Shown: piece after piece, positions 12,155 to 25,562 of the stretch
Layout of the letters: every line of letters begins with the position of its first letter
Position numbering within the stretch: the first letter of the stretch is position 1
DNA from: Octopus sinensis
Lineage: Eukaryota
DNA length: 64,000 bases
Assembly (NCBI RefSeq): GCF_006345805.1
Contig: NC_043009.1
Coordinates: forward strand, 37,758,001-37,822,000
Direction: 5' to 3'
Program-made: the position numbers and the translations under genes
The notes under the pieces: model-generated
What the model saw: only the letters and a program-made list of their open reading frames with translations
Database searches by the model: none
What the model was told of the DNA's origin: nothing

Positions 12155-13439
12155 AAACGAATACAGGTGTATCAAATACCATACAACAAAAATTCTTGAT
12201 TTATTAAAATTATTTCTGCCTCTAGATCATAATCACTGAATGACAATTAAGACCAGCTTCTTATGAGGAAAGAGAGATAATTTCAAGATTCAAATATTCT
12301 CCAAAGCTGACATACCGTTAAGGAAAAGGACAGGTTAATTGTCTAGAGATGAGAGAACAACTGTGAATGTGTTTCTGTCTCAATCATTATCATCAGCACA
12401 ACAATTGTCTGATCTTATCTCCAGCAGCCAACAAATGAGTAGAATACATTTATGGCATACAACATAGATAAATCTAAATGTTTCAATTACTCAAAGTACA
12501 GACTTCTTACTCTATCCCATCTAGATCTAGGTTATTTCTTCCAAACTTTATATGAATACTCTGTTGTTTTCCCTTTATAGGTAGATTACCACTGTAGAAT
12601 ATATATATATACGAAAAAAACAAGACGAAGACAGGTGGTGTACAAAACAAACAGATGTATTAGTATAACACTCAGGAATAGCAAAAGTCTTTTACGTTTC
12701 AAGCCTACGGTCTTCTACAGAAAGGGATACAGAAAAAAACAAGGAGAGAAAAAAAAATGTGTGTAGTGGCTAACGATCTATCCTCTCATGTTCATTTGTG
12801 TGTGTGTGTGTGGGGGGGGGGTAGGGTGTTGGTTTTATTAGCAAAAACTTAAGGCCCTAGCTTAGATTGTCATCATTTTCATACAGAACCAGTCCTCTCA
12901 TTTCTAGCATTGGAGAGTTTTGTATGCATAATTTTTCATATTTTTTTATGCAATAAATTGAAAATACGCATTTTCTGGTTATTATACTTGAGCTAAATAA
13001 TACTTAACGGACGCTCAGAATTGTTGTCCACATAAGTTGGAATTCCTCTATTTTGGGGCCAGGATATTTCTTTTCTTCATCATTTTTTTTTTGTCCATCA
13101 GAATGGTTATTATTGTTTAGCTTCAGGTTGGTCTTGACCGAGCAGACATTGAATCAAAGTCATTCCAGCTGTGACCATCTTAAGTGGCTTTAGCAGTTTT
13201 GAAACCTTGACTGAAATCAAAGAGAAGCAGGTATTGAAAAATGCTAATTTTTTTCTTACTTGGCACTCCATCATCGTATATCTGAAAAGAGGTCAAATTT
13301 ATTCAGATTTCAAAAATGATTGATTAAAGTTCCAGAGGAAGAATGGAACACTTTGATAAAAATATTTTTTATGTTAGTTCAAATAACATTGAAAGGAAAT
13401 GAATAAATTTATCTGACAAACCAATATTTATACTATAAG

Positions 13440-13752
13440 AAGGCACGTAAAAAGCACCATCCGATCGTGGCCGTTGCCAGCCTCACCTGGCCTCTGTGCT
13501 GGTGGCACGTAAAAAGCACCATCCGATCATGGCCGTTTGCCAGCCTCGCCTGGCACCTGTGCCAATGACACGTAAAAAGCACCCACTACACTCATGGAGT
13601 GGTTGGCATTAGGAAGGGCATCCAGCTGCAGAAACATTGCCAGATCAGACTGGGCCTGGTGCAGCCTTCTGGCATCCCAGACCCCAGTTGCACCGTCCAA
13701 CCCATGCTAGCATGGAAAGCAGACGCTAAACGATGATGATGATGATGATGAA
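13440..13752 (+). mobile_element. SINE family B with internal repeats
   Basis: Same core and tail as 11812-12154. Confidence 0.8.
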
Positions 13753-13849
13753 GAAGAATTGTTCCAGCAATAAATACAATGCAACATTATACAAATATCC
13801 TACTGATACTTGTACAGAAAGGTGGTGGTAAAAGAAGGCAACAAATTCT

Positions 13850-14368
13850 TCTTCACCAAGTTGTTGAAGATGACGATGAACAGTTGTATGGTTTGAACAA
13901 AGCTTTATTTCCAATTCTTTAACTGATAATGCAGGATTTTCTTCAGGTAATGCCTCAAGGAGCTTATCATCAAACTCAACTGGACGTCCTGTTTGATCTT
14001 CATCTTCAAGGCTGAAATCTCCACTTCTGAATTTTGCAAACCATCTGCAAGTTCTTTCATTCAAGCATTCTTCCCCATAAACTGAGTGTATGGTTTGAGT
14101 TGCTTCGGCTGCAGAGTTTCCTTTTTTGTACTCATAAAGCATTCATCATCATTATGTGCCTCAAAGGCTTTTTGGATACTTTCATATTAGAAAGGGTTTT
14201 AATCAAAAATTTTAATTCTATTATTCAGTAAAATAATATTTAATTAGTTTAAATGTACACAAATGCATAAAAATATTTTTTAATTCCATTAGACATTCTA
14301 AAATACTATTAAATTTCATTCAATTTTAAAAAAAGGTTAAGTCGGACAGAACTTATGGGATGACCTAA
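13850..14368 (-). mobile_element. truncated mariner transposon (5' TIR plus transposase HTH region)
   Basis: TA|TTAGGTCATCCCATAAGTTCTGTCCG end; MLYEYKKGNSAAEA...WFAKFRSGDFSLED..GRP...HTTVHRHLQQLG. Confidence 0.85.
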
Positions 14369-15159
14369 TATTTTGGATTAAATTTCTCTGGAATGAGATG
14401 ATTAGGTGGACCTGTTTGGATGCTGATAACTTGGCATCGCTGGCAGGACATTCAGCCTGTGTTAGTAACAGTACTTTTTGACACTGAAGAAAAAACACAC
14501 AGATGCATGTACAGAAATATACACATACAGATAGAAAGGAGGAGAGAGACATGTTACACATACAAACGTGAGACTCTTACTCAGAAAGAGAGAGAGAGAG
14601 AAAGTATAATTAATTTATTAATTGAACACAATTTACATAAATGATTTTCCTCTCCTGATACACAGAGACATAGGCTCACAAGAAAAATATTGGTTTCCAA
14701 GGCCAGCAATTTTAAAGGAGGGAGTAAGTTGATTACATCGACCCCAGTGTTTAACTGGTACTTATTTTATCTATCACAAAAGGATGAACAGTAAAATCAA
14801 CCTTGGCAGAATTTGAATTTGGAATGTGAAGTCAGAAGAAATGCTGCTAAACATTTTTCCCGGTGCAGTAATATTCTGCCAGCTTGCTGTCTTAGAAATG
14901 AGAGAAATATTAAAAATGTCTTATGTCAAGTCAATGATGCCAAAGAAGCGGCACCAAAATGGTCATGCTAAAATGTCTTATACTCAAATATCTCTTCCTG
15001 TTTATGGTTCTGAGATGAGTTATTGTGTAGAATTGTGAGAGCTATGTTGCTTAACCACATATCTGTCCTGATCCAGCAGACAGTTTATCATGAAAGGCTT
15101 TCCAGCTGTGACCACCTTGTCTTTTTAGGATTTGATTCTCTGTCTCTTACCTTTCTTTA

Positions 15160-15500
15160 GGGTCGTGGCACTCTGTCGGTTATGATGACAAGGGTTCCAG
15201 TTGATCCGAGCAACGGAACAGCCTGCACATGAAATTAAAACGAAAATGGCTGAGCACTCCACAGACACGTGTACCCTTAACGTAGTTCTTGGGGAGATTC
15301 AGCATGACACAATGTGACAAGGCTGGCCCTTTGAAATACAGGTACAACAGAAACAGAAAGTTGTGGTGAAAGAGTACAACAGGGTTCACCACCAACCTCT
15401 GCTGGAGCCGCGTGGAACTTTAGGTGTTTTCGCTCAATAAACATTCACAACGCCCGGTCTGGGGAGTGATACTGTGACCCTATGACTGTGAGTCCATTGC
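15160..15500 (-). mobile_element. SINE family C
   Basis: Reverse complement of 1-226 and 6156-6300. Confidence 0.8.
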
Positions 15501-15988
15501 TCCTCCACTCTTTAGGGTAGTAGTTTGTGATTGGAGAAATATTTGATTGCTATTTCTAGCAGAGCAACTGACCACCTAGAGCAGTAGTTGTCAATTTCTT
15601 TTTATTTTGTAGCACACAGGATGTCAATTAGAGGAGCTGCACTTCAGATTGTTGTATGGTTAAGAAGTTCACTTTGCAATTACACGGTTTCATATTCAGC
15701 CCCATTAAGGTGCATCTTAGGCCTTGTGAGTGAATTTGGTTGATGGAAACTGATCCAAAGTCCATTACATGTGTGTGTGCACATCTATGAATTTGTTTAT
15801 TACTGTTTGGTAAACAGTCTTGGTTTGTTTCTGCTTGCAGCAAGAAGAGAACACTAAGCTCTGTACCAGACTTAAATAAGTTCTGTGAATGATTTACTCA
15901 ATTAAACCATTCAAGGCAGTGCCTGTCCCAGTATGGTCATTGCTTAGTGACTGAAACAAGTAAAAGAAGGAACTATGTTTTAATGTTC

Positions 15989-16403
15989 AAGGCGGCAAGC
16001 TGGCAGAAACGTTAGCACGCTGGGCGAAATGCGTAGCCGTATTTCGTCTGCCGTTACGTTCCGAGTTCAAATTCCGCCGAGGTCGACTTTGCCTTTCATC
16101 CTTTCGGGGTCGATAAATTAAGTACCAGTTACGCACTGGGGTCGATGTAAACGACTTGATCCGTTTGTCTGTCCTTGTTTAGCCCCTTGTGAGCAATAAA
16201 GAAATAAGAAACGTTAGCACACCAGGCGAAATGCATAGCCATATTTCGTCTGCCGTTACGTTCTGAGTTCAAATTCCGCCGAGGTCGACTTTGCCTTTCA
16301 TCCTTTCGGGGTCGATAAATTAAGTACCAGTTATGCACTGGGGTCGATGTAATCGACTTAATCCCTTTGTCTGTCCTTGTTTGTCCCCTATGTGTTTAGC
16401 CCC
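15989..16403 (+). mobile_element. tandem dimer of SINE family D
   Basis: Two head-to-tail copies of AGAAACGTTAGCAC...GTCGACTTTGCCTTTCATCC...AAAGAAATA. Confidence 0.85.
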
Positions 16404-16852
16404 TTGTGGGTAGTAAAGAAATATATGTTTTAATGTTTAAAAATGTAGAAAACATATGGAAAATAACTGCTTACCTTGTTTCATGTCATCATCTTCATTT
16501 AATATTTGTTTTCCATGCAAACATGGGTTGGACAGTTTCAAAAGATATGGTGAGCTGCAGGGCTGCCTCAAGCCTCAATGCCAGCTTTGGCATAGTTTCT
16601 ATAGCTGGATGCCTTTTCTAATGCCAACCACTATAGTGTGTACTGGGTGCTTTTTATGTGGCATTAGCACATGTGAGGTTGTTGGGTGACTCACAAGACA
16701 GAAAAAGAAGAGGAACTCCCTAAGTGGTGGAGAAGTATTTGAGAGAGGGAAGGCAACTTTTATGCTAGGTGTGGAGGGGAAGGGTATGATACAGGGACAA
16801 CCACAAGCGTCTTGCTCAAGATGAGATACACGGCTGCACTGCATATACTTAG

Positions 16853-17545
16853 TTATAATAATAATAATAATGAAATTATTGTATACAATGCTCAGGTGCA
16901 CCACAACTTGTCAAAAGTGCGTATAAAGCATATGCAGTAATGTAGAGATGTCTGGAAAGCGAACAGTGTATGAGTCAGATACATGCTTGCATGTGTATAG
17001 AGGGGAGAAAATCAGGTGTAGTGTTGGCGAATCTCAGGTAGCATGGAAGTTTTGAAGGATGCAGTGCTCCGACAACTAACAACTGATGCCAGCAGTTTGT
17101 TCCATGATTCAGCAACTCTAGCGTGAAAAAATGTTTCCGAAAGTCATGAGAGCTGTGCTGTTTTCTGACTTTGTAAATATGTCCATGGGTGTTAGACGGG
17201 TGGAGTTTGAAAAGGTGCTCAGAGTTATTGTTTGTAAGATGGTTAATAGTTTTATGGATGTCTGCCAAGTCAGCTGCCAGATGTCGGAGTTTCAATGTAT
17301 CCATGCCCAGGGAAGTAAGGCGTTCAGAATATGGCAAATGCCTGATGGAGGGTATTCTCTTGGTTGCACATTGCTGAACGGTTTCCAGACGATTAATATC
17401 CTGGGCAAGATAGGTGTTCAAGACCGGTGATGTAAATTCCAGGTGAGGTCGCACCATAGCTATATAAAGCCGCAGATAGACGGAGAGTGGCTCACAAAGG
17501 ATTTGGTGAGTGATGCCAAGATACCCTCTTAAGAACAGCCCGTTT
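16853..17545 (-). mobile_element. CR1-like LINE 3' fragment
   Basis: LYIAMVRPHLEF...DINRLETVQQCATKRI..YSERLTSLG; (ATT)n tail. Confidence 0.88.
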
Positions 17546-18494
17546 TTGTTATGATGCATATGAATTATTGTGGATTTCTTAAAGCCTTAAATTATATTTT
17601 TAAAAATCCGTGGTTCACCTTGATGCCCTTTTTGATGAACCACAGCAACTTGGAGGTTCCCTTGTTTATTCTTGGTTATAGATGTGTATGTTTGTGTGTA
17701 GATGTATACGTTTGTGTATAGATGTGTGTAAAGTATGTACGTACTTGTGCGTTGTATATAAGTGTATGTATGTATGTGTGTGTGCCTGTGTGAGTGAGTA
17801 GAAGTTGAAATGAAAACATCCAGTAATAAATACAAGATTATTGGGTCAGCCCTGAAATTTTGTGTTGAAAGGTAGTGTCCAAGTTCTAATCCATGTGATG
17901 AATAAAGCCATTCCCCTCCACATTCCAACAGCCAAAATTCAAAAGATGTTTACTTTTACTTTTCTTGAAGATTATTTGCACGCTTTATTCCATAAATAAA
18001 ATTTCTTTTCCTTCCTTTTTTACATTCACAGTTCACTCTTACCTTATATCAGTTAGACAATATTTATTTTTTACATAATATTACTTTAGACTTCCCACTT
18101 ACTTTATGCAAAACTAGATTCTCAACACGTATTCTATCTTTTTATTAGTTATACTTAAACATAGTCAACCTACTAAATACCGATAATTATAAATTTTTTA
18201 AAAACATTCTTATCTCCCCTACATTGTTATTTTCCTTTAAAAAACCATTCTTATCTCCCCTACATTGTTATTTTCTTAGCTTTTCGAATACCTTACATTT
18301 TCATTTTCATTCTCCCGAAACGTTTTTTTTTTCAATATTTTTAGCCATAGCAAGTGTTTAATTTCTTAATTTCTGTAATATTAACAACTATACCTATATT
18401 TTTATTTGTTTATCTTTTATTTAACTCACACAAATGAATATAAGTCTTTTACACTAAAATGGAGAAGTTCTTAAGCAGATAAGGCCGAAAATGT

Positions 18495-18770
18495 CGTTAG
18501 AAGCTGGGATCACCAAGCGTAAGATTGGCATATTTCGCTCATATTATGCAGAGAGAATCCCTGGAGAAGGACATCATGCTCGGAATGGTCAGTGGCAAGA
18601 GAGGAAGAGGCCGACCAAGAATCCGCTGGCTTGACACCATCAGGAGTGATACCGGAATGGACATGGCCAATCTGAAGGAAGCGGCCCAGGATAGAACTGA
18701 CTGGAGGACACTGATCCAACGAGTGACCGAGAGTCGACTTCGACTGAGCGGATAGAGAGAGAGAGAGAGA
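18495..18770 (+). mobile_element. RTE (BovB-like) LINE 3' fragment
   Basis: YFAHIMQRESLEKDIMLGMVSGKRGRGRPRIRWLD...TESRLRLSG*. Confidence 0.85.
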
Positions 18771-19039
18771 CATTAAAATAATTTTTTTCCCATTATATAG
18801 AGCTATTCTCTAATAACTTTTCGTTTCCATTTAAGTAGCCTAATAAAAACTATATTAACTAGTTTTTCATTCTTTATTCTTGAACAAAATTTATTTTTCC
18901 TTAAAAAGAATTTCTTTAAATATTTTCAAGTAATCATTAGCCATGTCAGTTTTAGTTCTTTCACAATTAGACTCAACAACACTTTTTAAAAGTATATTCA
19001 TGATCTTTCATCACCTCATCATCAAAGGTGATGAGGTCG

Positions 19040-19556
19040 TTGGTTCCAACTGACATCTGGCAGCCAACATCTCTCGCGAGCGAGGACCTGGAGGATGTGG
19101 AGCCTTTCGTCTACTTGGGCTCAACGGTGATCCCAAATAGTCAGGGTGCAGCTGAGGTCAATCATCGCATCAATGCTGCTCGATCTGCCTTTGGACGCCT
19201 AAAGCGGTGTCTGTGGGACCGAAGGGAAATCTCATCGGTGACCAAAGGGCGAATATATCAGGCCATCGTTCCTACAGTACTTCTCTATGGCTGTGAAACG
19301 TGGCCTATGCGGGTGGTCGATCAACGAAGGCTGGAAGTCTTCGACAATGACTGCCTCCGGTGCATTCTTTGCTGCCGTCGGGTTTGATCGAGTTCCCACC
19401 GCCAATCTCCGACTTCGCCTGTCTCTGCGGCCCCTTCCATCTGTCCTTCTGCAACGGCGCTTGCGGTGGTTTGGCCATGCATGTAGGCGTCCGGTGGGTG
19501 AACTGAGCTGTGATGTCCTTCTCCCAACTCCACTTCCCAACTGGCAGAAACTATGA
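19040..19556 (+). mobile_element. RTE-clade LINE fragment
   Basis: FVYLGS...EVNHRINAARSAFGRL...LLYGCETW...RRLRWFGHA, with a frameshift. Confidence 0.85.
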
Positions 19557-20689
19557 ACCAGTACCTCTTAAAAATAAGATAGCCCCCCGCCCCAAAATTG
19601 TTTGTTGTTGCTATTTAGAGATTGAATAATTGTTTCACTTAGATAAAAGTTTAACAGCAGATGCTTTTTACCTGAAACACCAAATAACATACCAAAGAGA
19701 CAAATTCTACAAAGAAAAAAGCGTCAAATTAAAAGTTAATTGGAGAAGAAAGGGACATAATTTTGGTTTGAAAATAGTTATCTCCCTTAGTTAATTTTTA
19801 ATTTTTTTAAAGAGAGCTGATGTTCGGTATTTTTATATTAAAATCAACAGGGAAACTATATCGCTAGCGCATGAAAAAAAAAAAAAAAAAAGATAGAGCT
19901 TTATAGCTTTTCAGAATATTTTTTTAGACATAATTTTTGCTACCCGCTCGAACTATGAAATCATATTGACGTGAACTCAGTGATATATATATATACATTC
20001 ACATAATTCATATGCAGACGATCTGCGATAGGCTGTGAAACAGGTCGTCGGTTGATCAGGACAATCCTTCTCGAATGTCTGTGACGGTCACCACATCTGG
20101 GACAGTGCAACACACACACACACACACACATACATTTTCAACCATATCCAGAAAAATACCCGTCAACCGATTGGCATTATATCATTCACGGCCACCCTCC
20201 AACCATGCTATCTCCTCTTTCTCTGTTTTACTCACTGCTACTACATGGGCCTCTACTCTTTGGAGCTGACTAGGCTCATACCACTTCCACTTAGATGCTC
20301 CTGATTTATTCGTATCCCCTTCTCTCACTGTCCATTTTGTTATGTTCTCCTGCCACTCCACGGTTCTGCACAAAACACTATATCCTTCTTTCTTTCCTTC
20401 CTTTGCGTTCTTTTAATGTCCTTTCTGTCCATGTTGGTATTAAATGAGTTAAGGGATCAATAATATCCTGCTAAGAACTATTATATTTCTCCAAAAGTGA
20501 AGCAAACAAAATTATTTCACCGTTATTAATGTCATCTCATCTCATTCTGTCTTTGCCCATATATTTCTCTTCTTTCACACTCCTATGAACTTATCTGCAC
20601 ATACCTCTCGATCCTCAATCTGTGTTCTCCCACCTTTTTTTACCTTGAGAGTAAGCTTTGACACCTTGTGACCAATATCATTATCTTAT

Positions 20690-20918
20690 TTCTTTATTAT
20701 TCACAAGGGGCTAAACATAGAGGGGACAAACAAGGATAGACAAAGGGATTAAGTTGATTACATCGATCCCAGTGCGTAACTAGTACTTAATTTATTGACC
20801 CTAAAAGGATGAAAGGCAAAGTTAACCTCGGCGGAATTTGAACTCAGAATGTAACAGCAGACGAAATATCTCTAAGCATTTCGCCCGGTGTGCTAACGTT
20901 TCTGCCAGCTCACCGCCA
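20690..20918 (-). mobile_element. SINE family D
   Basis: Reverse complement of 15989-16210. Confidence 0.8.
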
Positions 20919-22007
20919 ATATCATCTTGCTTCCAGCTAAGGTAGCCATTTATCTCTTCTATAGCAAGACACCCATACCTGTTTCTCTATCATACAACTC
21001 CACTCAAATGAGGTGGTGCCCTCTTTTCTTTTGTGTTGGCATCTTCACTAGGGCTGGTGCCACAAAGAAGGAAAAAAAATCACCCCAGCACACTCAGTAA
21101 AGTGGTTGCCATTAGGAAGGGTATCCAGCTATATAAACCATGCCTCAAACAGACACTGCAGTTCAATGCAATTCTCCAGCTCACTAGATCTTGTCAGACT
21201 GTCTGACCCATACCAGAATGGAAGGTGGACATTAAATGAAGATTGTTGCTGTGTGTCTTTTTTATTTATCTATGTTGAAATTCGTTTGTAATTATGTAAG
21301 TTGTTGGTTGCTTGCAAATAACATCTCTTATTGTCTGTTTGATGTCAGAGATTATCTATTTCAGTATATTTCATTTGAGGGTGACAAGTGATCTAAAATT
21401 CTTAACTTTACTCTGATGATGGTAAACCAACAATAAAAGAGTTTGACGATTCCTTCTTCTGGATTTCATTTCATACTATTTAAATTAGAAAAGGAGACCA
21501 AAGAATTAATTCCAACCAAAGATTGATTCATTTTCAATCATTCCAGTTATTTGAGTCCATTTGTGATTAATAGCCTTTTCTTATGTTTGATTAGTTGTTT
21601 ATTAGCATTGCATTCCTCATTTGCAGGTATGTAGCATTTTGGAAGGTTTACAGGGAAGAAGAACACCTTTAACCATTTTGTTACTCAATTTCTAGTGAAG
21701 TTCATTACCCTTGTTTCAAATAATTTTGAAAATCAATAATTTAGTAAAATATCTTGTTCATTAAAATGGTGTTTGAAACAAAAATTTAGATGAAATTTTG
21801 ATGGAAGGTTTTTAATTTGTATCACTCTAATTCTTTTGTTAACGTATAATTGTTGAAATCATCATCGTCATTTAATGTCTGTTGTCCATGCTGGGTTGGA
21901 TGGTTTGACCAGAACTGACAAGCTGCACCAGACTCCAGTCTGATTTAGCATTGTTTCTACGGCTGGATGCCTTTCCTGACACCAACCACTTTACAAAGTG
22001 TGCTGGA

Positions 22008-22854
22008 TGCTTTTACATGACACTGCAAGGGCACTTTTATGTGGCACTGCAAAGGTGCTTTTTACATGGCACTGCAAAGGTGCTTTTTACATGGCACTAC
22101 AAAGGTGCTTTTTACATGGCACTGCAAAGGTGCTTTTTACATGGTACTGCAAGGGCACTTTTATGTGGCACTGCAAAGGTGCTTTTTACATGGCACTGCA
22201 AAGGTGCTTTTTACATGACACTGCAAGGGCACTTTTATGTGGCACTGCAAAGGTGCTTTTTACATGGCACTGCAAAGGTGCTTTTTACATGACACTGCAA
22301 GGCACTTTTATGTGGCACTGCAAAGGTGCTTTTTACATGGCACTGCAAAGGTGCTTTTTACATGACACTGCAAGGGCACTTTTATGTGGCACTGCAAAGG
22401 TGCTTTTTACATGGCACTGCAAAGGTGCTTTTTACATGACACTGCAAGGGCACTTTTATGTGGCACTGCAAAGGTGCTTTTTACATGGCACTGCAAAGGT
22501 GCTTTTTACATGACACTGCAAGGGCACTTTTATGTGGCACTGCAAAGGTGCTTTTTACATGGCACTGCAAGGTGCTTTTTACATGACACTGCAAGGGCAC
22601 TTTTATGTGGCACTGCAAAGGTGCTTTTTACATGGCACTGCAAAGGTGCTTTTTACATGACACTGCAAGGGCACTTTTATGTGGCACTGCAAAGGTGCTT
22701 TTTACATGGCACTGCAAAGGTGCTTTTTACATGACACTGCAAGGGCACTTTTATGTGGCACTGCAAAGGTGCTTTTTACATGGCACTGCAAAGGTGCTTT
22801 TTACATGACACTGCAAAGGTGCTTTTTACATGGCACTGCCCTGAGTGCTTTTTA
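22008..22854. repeat. minisatellite of 24/25-bp monomers with a 74-bp higher-order unit
   Basis: A=GGCACTGCAAAGGTGCTTTTTACAT, B=GACACTGCAAGGGCACTTTTATGT, mostly (BAA)n, about 34 monomers. Confidence 0.92.
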
Positions 22855-23317
22855 CCACCAGAGGGACCAGTCATAACACCTCTGCTGCAGAGTACACGTC
22901 TTCTTTAATACAGCAAGGTACCAGGCATCTTGGTCCTCTGTCATCTTGCTTGAAAGGTGCAGCATCCTGAGTCAGTACTTTGTTCCATGTCTTCCATGAG
23001 AGATTATCTGCATCACATGACCAAACCAACACAGTCTTCTCTTTTGCACACAGCAACTAATTCCTTCATTTCAATTAATCTTGAAAATAATAAAGAATTC
23101 TATAAAATAGCTTTGAAATTATTAAGCTGGTATTTGAAACCTAAATTAAGTTGAACTTTTGATAGTAGGTTCTGCTTTAGGTCACTTTAAATTAAGTTTG
23201 TATCACAAAACGAGGGCCAGTCTCATGTGTGTTGGTTTCAAAAGAATTAGGCTTCATTATAGCCTCATCTTCACAAGCGAAAGAAATAGTGGCCATTTAT
23301 CATTATTATTATTAAGA

Positions 23318-23700
23318 TTAAGGTGGTAAGCTGGCTGAATCATTAGCATGTCAGGCAAAATGCCTTGCGGTATTTTGTCTGCTGTTATGTTCTGAGTTCA
23401 AATACTGCCGGGGTCGACTTTGCCTTTCATCCTTTCGGGGTCGATTAAATAAGTACCAGTTACGCACTGGGGTCGATATAATCGACTTAATTCATTTGTC
23501 TGTCCTTGTTTGTCCTCTCTGTGTTTAGCCCCTTGTGGGTTGTAAAGAAATAGGCATTTTGTCTGTGTTCAAATTCTGCTGAGGTTGACTTTGCTTTTCA
23601 TCCTTTTGGGGTCAATTAATGAAATACCAGTGAAACACTGGGGTTAATGTAATTGACTAGTCCCTTCCCCCACAATTCCAAGCCTTGAGCCTATAATAGA
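23318..23700 (+). mobile_element. SINE family D plus a partial tandem copy
   Basis: Family core appears twice. Confidence 0.75.
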
Positions 23701-24011
23701 AAGGATTATTATTATTATTTTGACTTCTACAATGTACTTATATGGGTGTCTTGATTCAAACTGTATTGATAGGCATTAGTTTCTTCCAAATTATAAAGAT
23801 TCTGTTTACAGATAATTTCTAAGAAAATGTACTTGATAATAAAAAGGTTCTAAGCTGTTGACAGTCCTCTGCTTGTGTTTCTTTCTAATTTGTACATCAT
23901 GTTGATAGGTCTAGATACTTATTCCGCAGAAAATATATCTCACATATACTAACAATACTTGGATGAACGTTTGATAAAATTTCTTAAATTTTATATATAT
24001 ATATATATATA

Positions 24012-24276
24012 TAATAAAAATAATAATGAAATTATTGTATACAGGGCACAGGTGCACCACAACTTGTCAGAAAGTGCGTATAAAGTGTATGCAGTAATGT
24101 ACAAATGTCTGGAAAGCGAACAATGTATGAGTCAGGTACATGCTTGTGTGTGTATGGAGGGGAGGAAATCAGGTGTAGTGTTGGCGAATCTCAGAAAGCA
24201 TGGATGTTTTGAAGGATGCAGTGCTCCGACAACTAACAACCGATGCCGGCAGTTTGTTCCATGCTTCAGCAACTCT
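24012..24276 (-). mobile_element. CR1-like LINE 3' end
   Basis: Similar to 16860-17120. Confidence 0.8.
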
Positions 24277-24297
24277 CAAACTATATATATATACACA

Positions 24298-24527
24298 CAG
24301 GGTTGGCCAACAGTCGTCTGACAGTAAATCAAAATTCCATAAATACTATCCGTAATTCTGTATTGACACAAATTGAAAAATGTGTCGCTCAAAGACTTCA
24401 GTTTGGACAATTTTCGTGATGTTTCATATTTAGATGCTTTTATTAAATTCATTCAGTTGTTAAACATAAATAAATCTTGGAATTAAATGGTTTTGGTTTA
24501 CTGTCAAGTGACTTTTGGCCAACTCTG
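24298..24527. mobile_element. Tc1/mariner-type MITE
   Basis: Imperfect TIRs of about 37 bp, CAG(G/A)GTTGGCCAA.AGTC...TGACAGTAAA.CAAAA, in a TA-rich context. Confidence 0.75.
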
Positions 24528-24804
24528 TATATATATATTCTCTTTTTTTTGTCTCTTTTACTTGTTTCAGTCATTTGACTGCGGCCATGCTGGAGCACCG
24601 CCTTTAATCGAGCATATCGACCCTGGTACTTATTCTTTGTAAGCCTAGTACTTATTCTATCGGTCTCACTTGCCGAACCGCTAAGTAACATATATATACA
24701 TATATATATAGATTACTTTGTCAAATGAAATACTTATTTATTCATATTGTTTTGAAGTGGTCATGTATTTTCTTGTAGCTTTGAGATTTTGATGATGTCA
24801 TCAT

Positions 24805-25205
24805 CATCATCGTTTAACGTCCATTTTCCATGCTAGCATGAGTTGGACGGTTCGACCGGAGTCTGGGAAGCCAGGAGGCTGCACCAGGATCCAGTCTGAT
24901 CTGGTAGTGTTTCTACAGCTGGATGCCCTTCCTAATACCAACCACTCTGTGAGTGTAGTGGGTGCTTTTTACATGCCACCGCAACAGGGGCCAGAGGGGG
25001 CTGGCAAACGGCCACGATCGGTTGGTGCTTTTTACATGTCACCGGCATGGACGTCAGTCAAGGCGGGGCTGGCATCAACCACGTTTGGATGGTGCTTTTT
25101 ACATGCTACTGGCATGGATATCACAACTACAATTTCCATTGATTTTCATTTTGATGTAAATGTACTTGACTCAATAGGTTTCCTCAAGCACAGTGGGTCA
25201 CCCTA
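24805..25205 (-). mobile_element. SINE family B
   Basis: Family core; extended flank shared with 60068-60410. Confidence 0.8.
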
Positions 25206-25562
25206 CGATCCAAGGTTAGCACAGCAGGCCATCCTGTGAGCCATGAACTCATTTCATTTGTCAGGTCTTCACAGTCACAGCATATCTCAGGGGTCTTGGT
25301 CTTTCGTCATTGCCTCTGTGAGGCCCAACGTGCCACCGGTGACTGCGAAGACCCGACAAAAAAGGCCAGATCTTACCAGTTTGAACATAAAACAAATAAA
25401 ATATTTTGGCCTGATTCAGCTGGCTGAAATGTTAAAGGGTTAAACAATGATAATGATATATATATATATATATCTTCTATATGAAATATGGAAATTTGCA
25501 GGCTATACGAAATGTATTCCTGGTTGTTAACAAACTGTTATAGGTCATGGACAAAAAAACAG

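Noticed and set aside
12361-12402. - strand CUGAUGA...GAAAC
   Set aside because: No stem II and poor helix III
12680-12726. Penelope-like end on - (CTGTAGAAGACCGTAGGCTTGAAACGT)
   Set aside because: Core deviates from CUGANGA and stem II is broken; cannot be supported as a ribozyme
21951-22876. Several ORFs with repeated WHCKGAFY motifs
   Set aside because: Translations of the minisatellite
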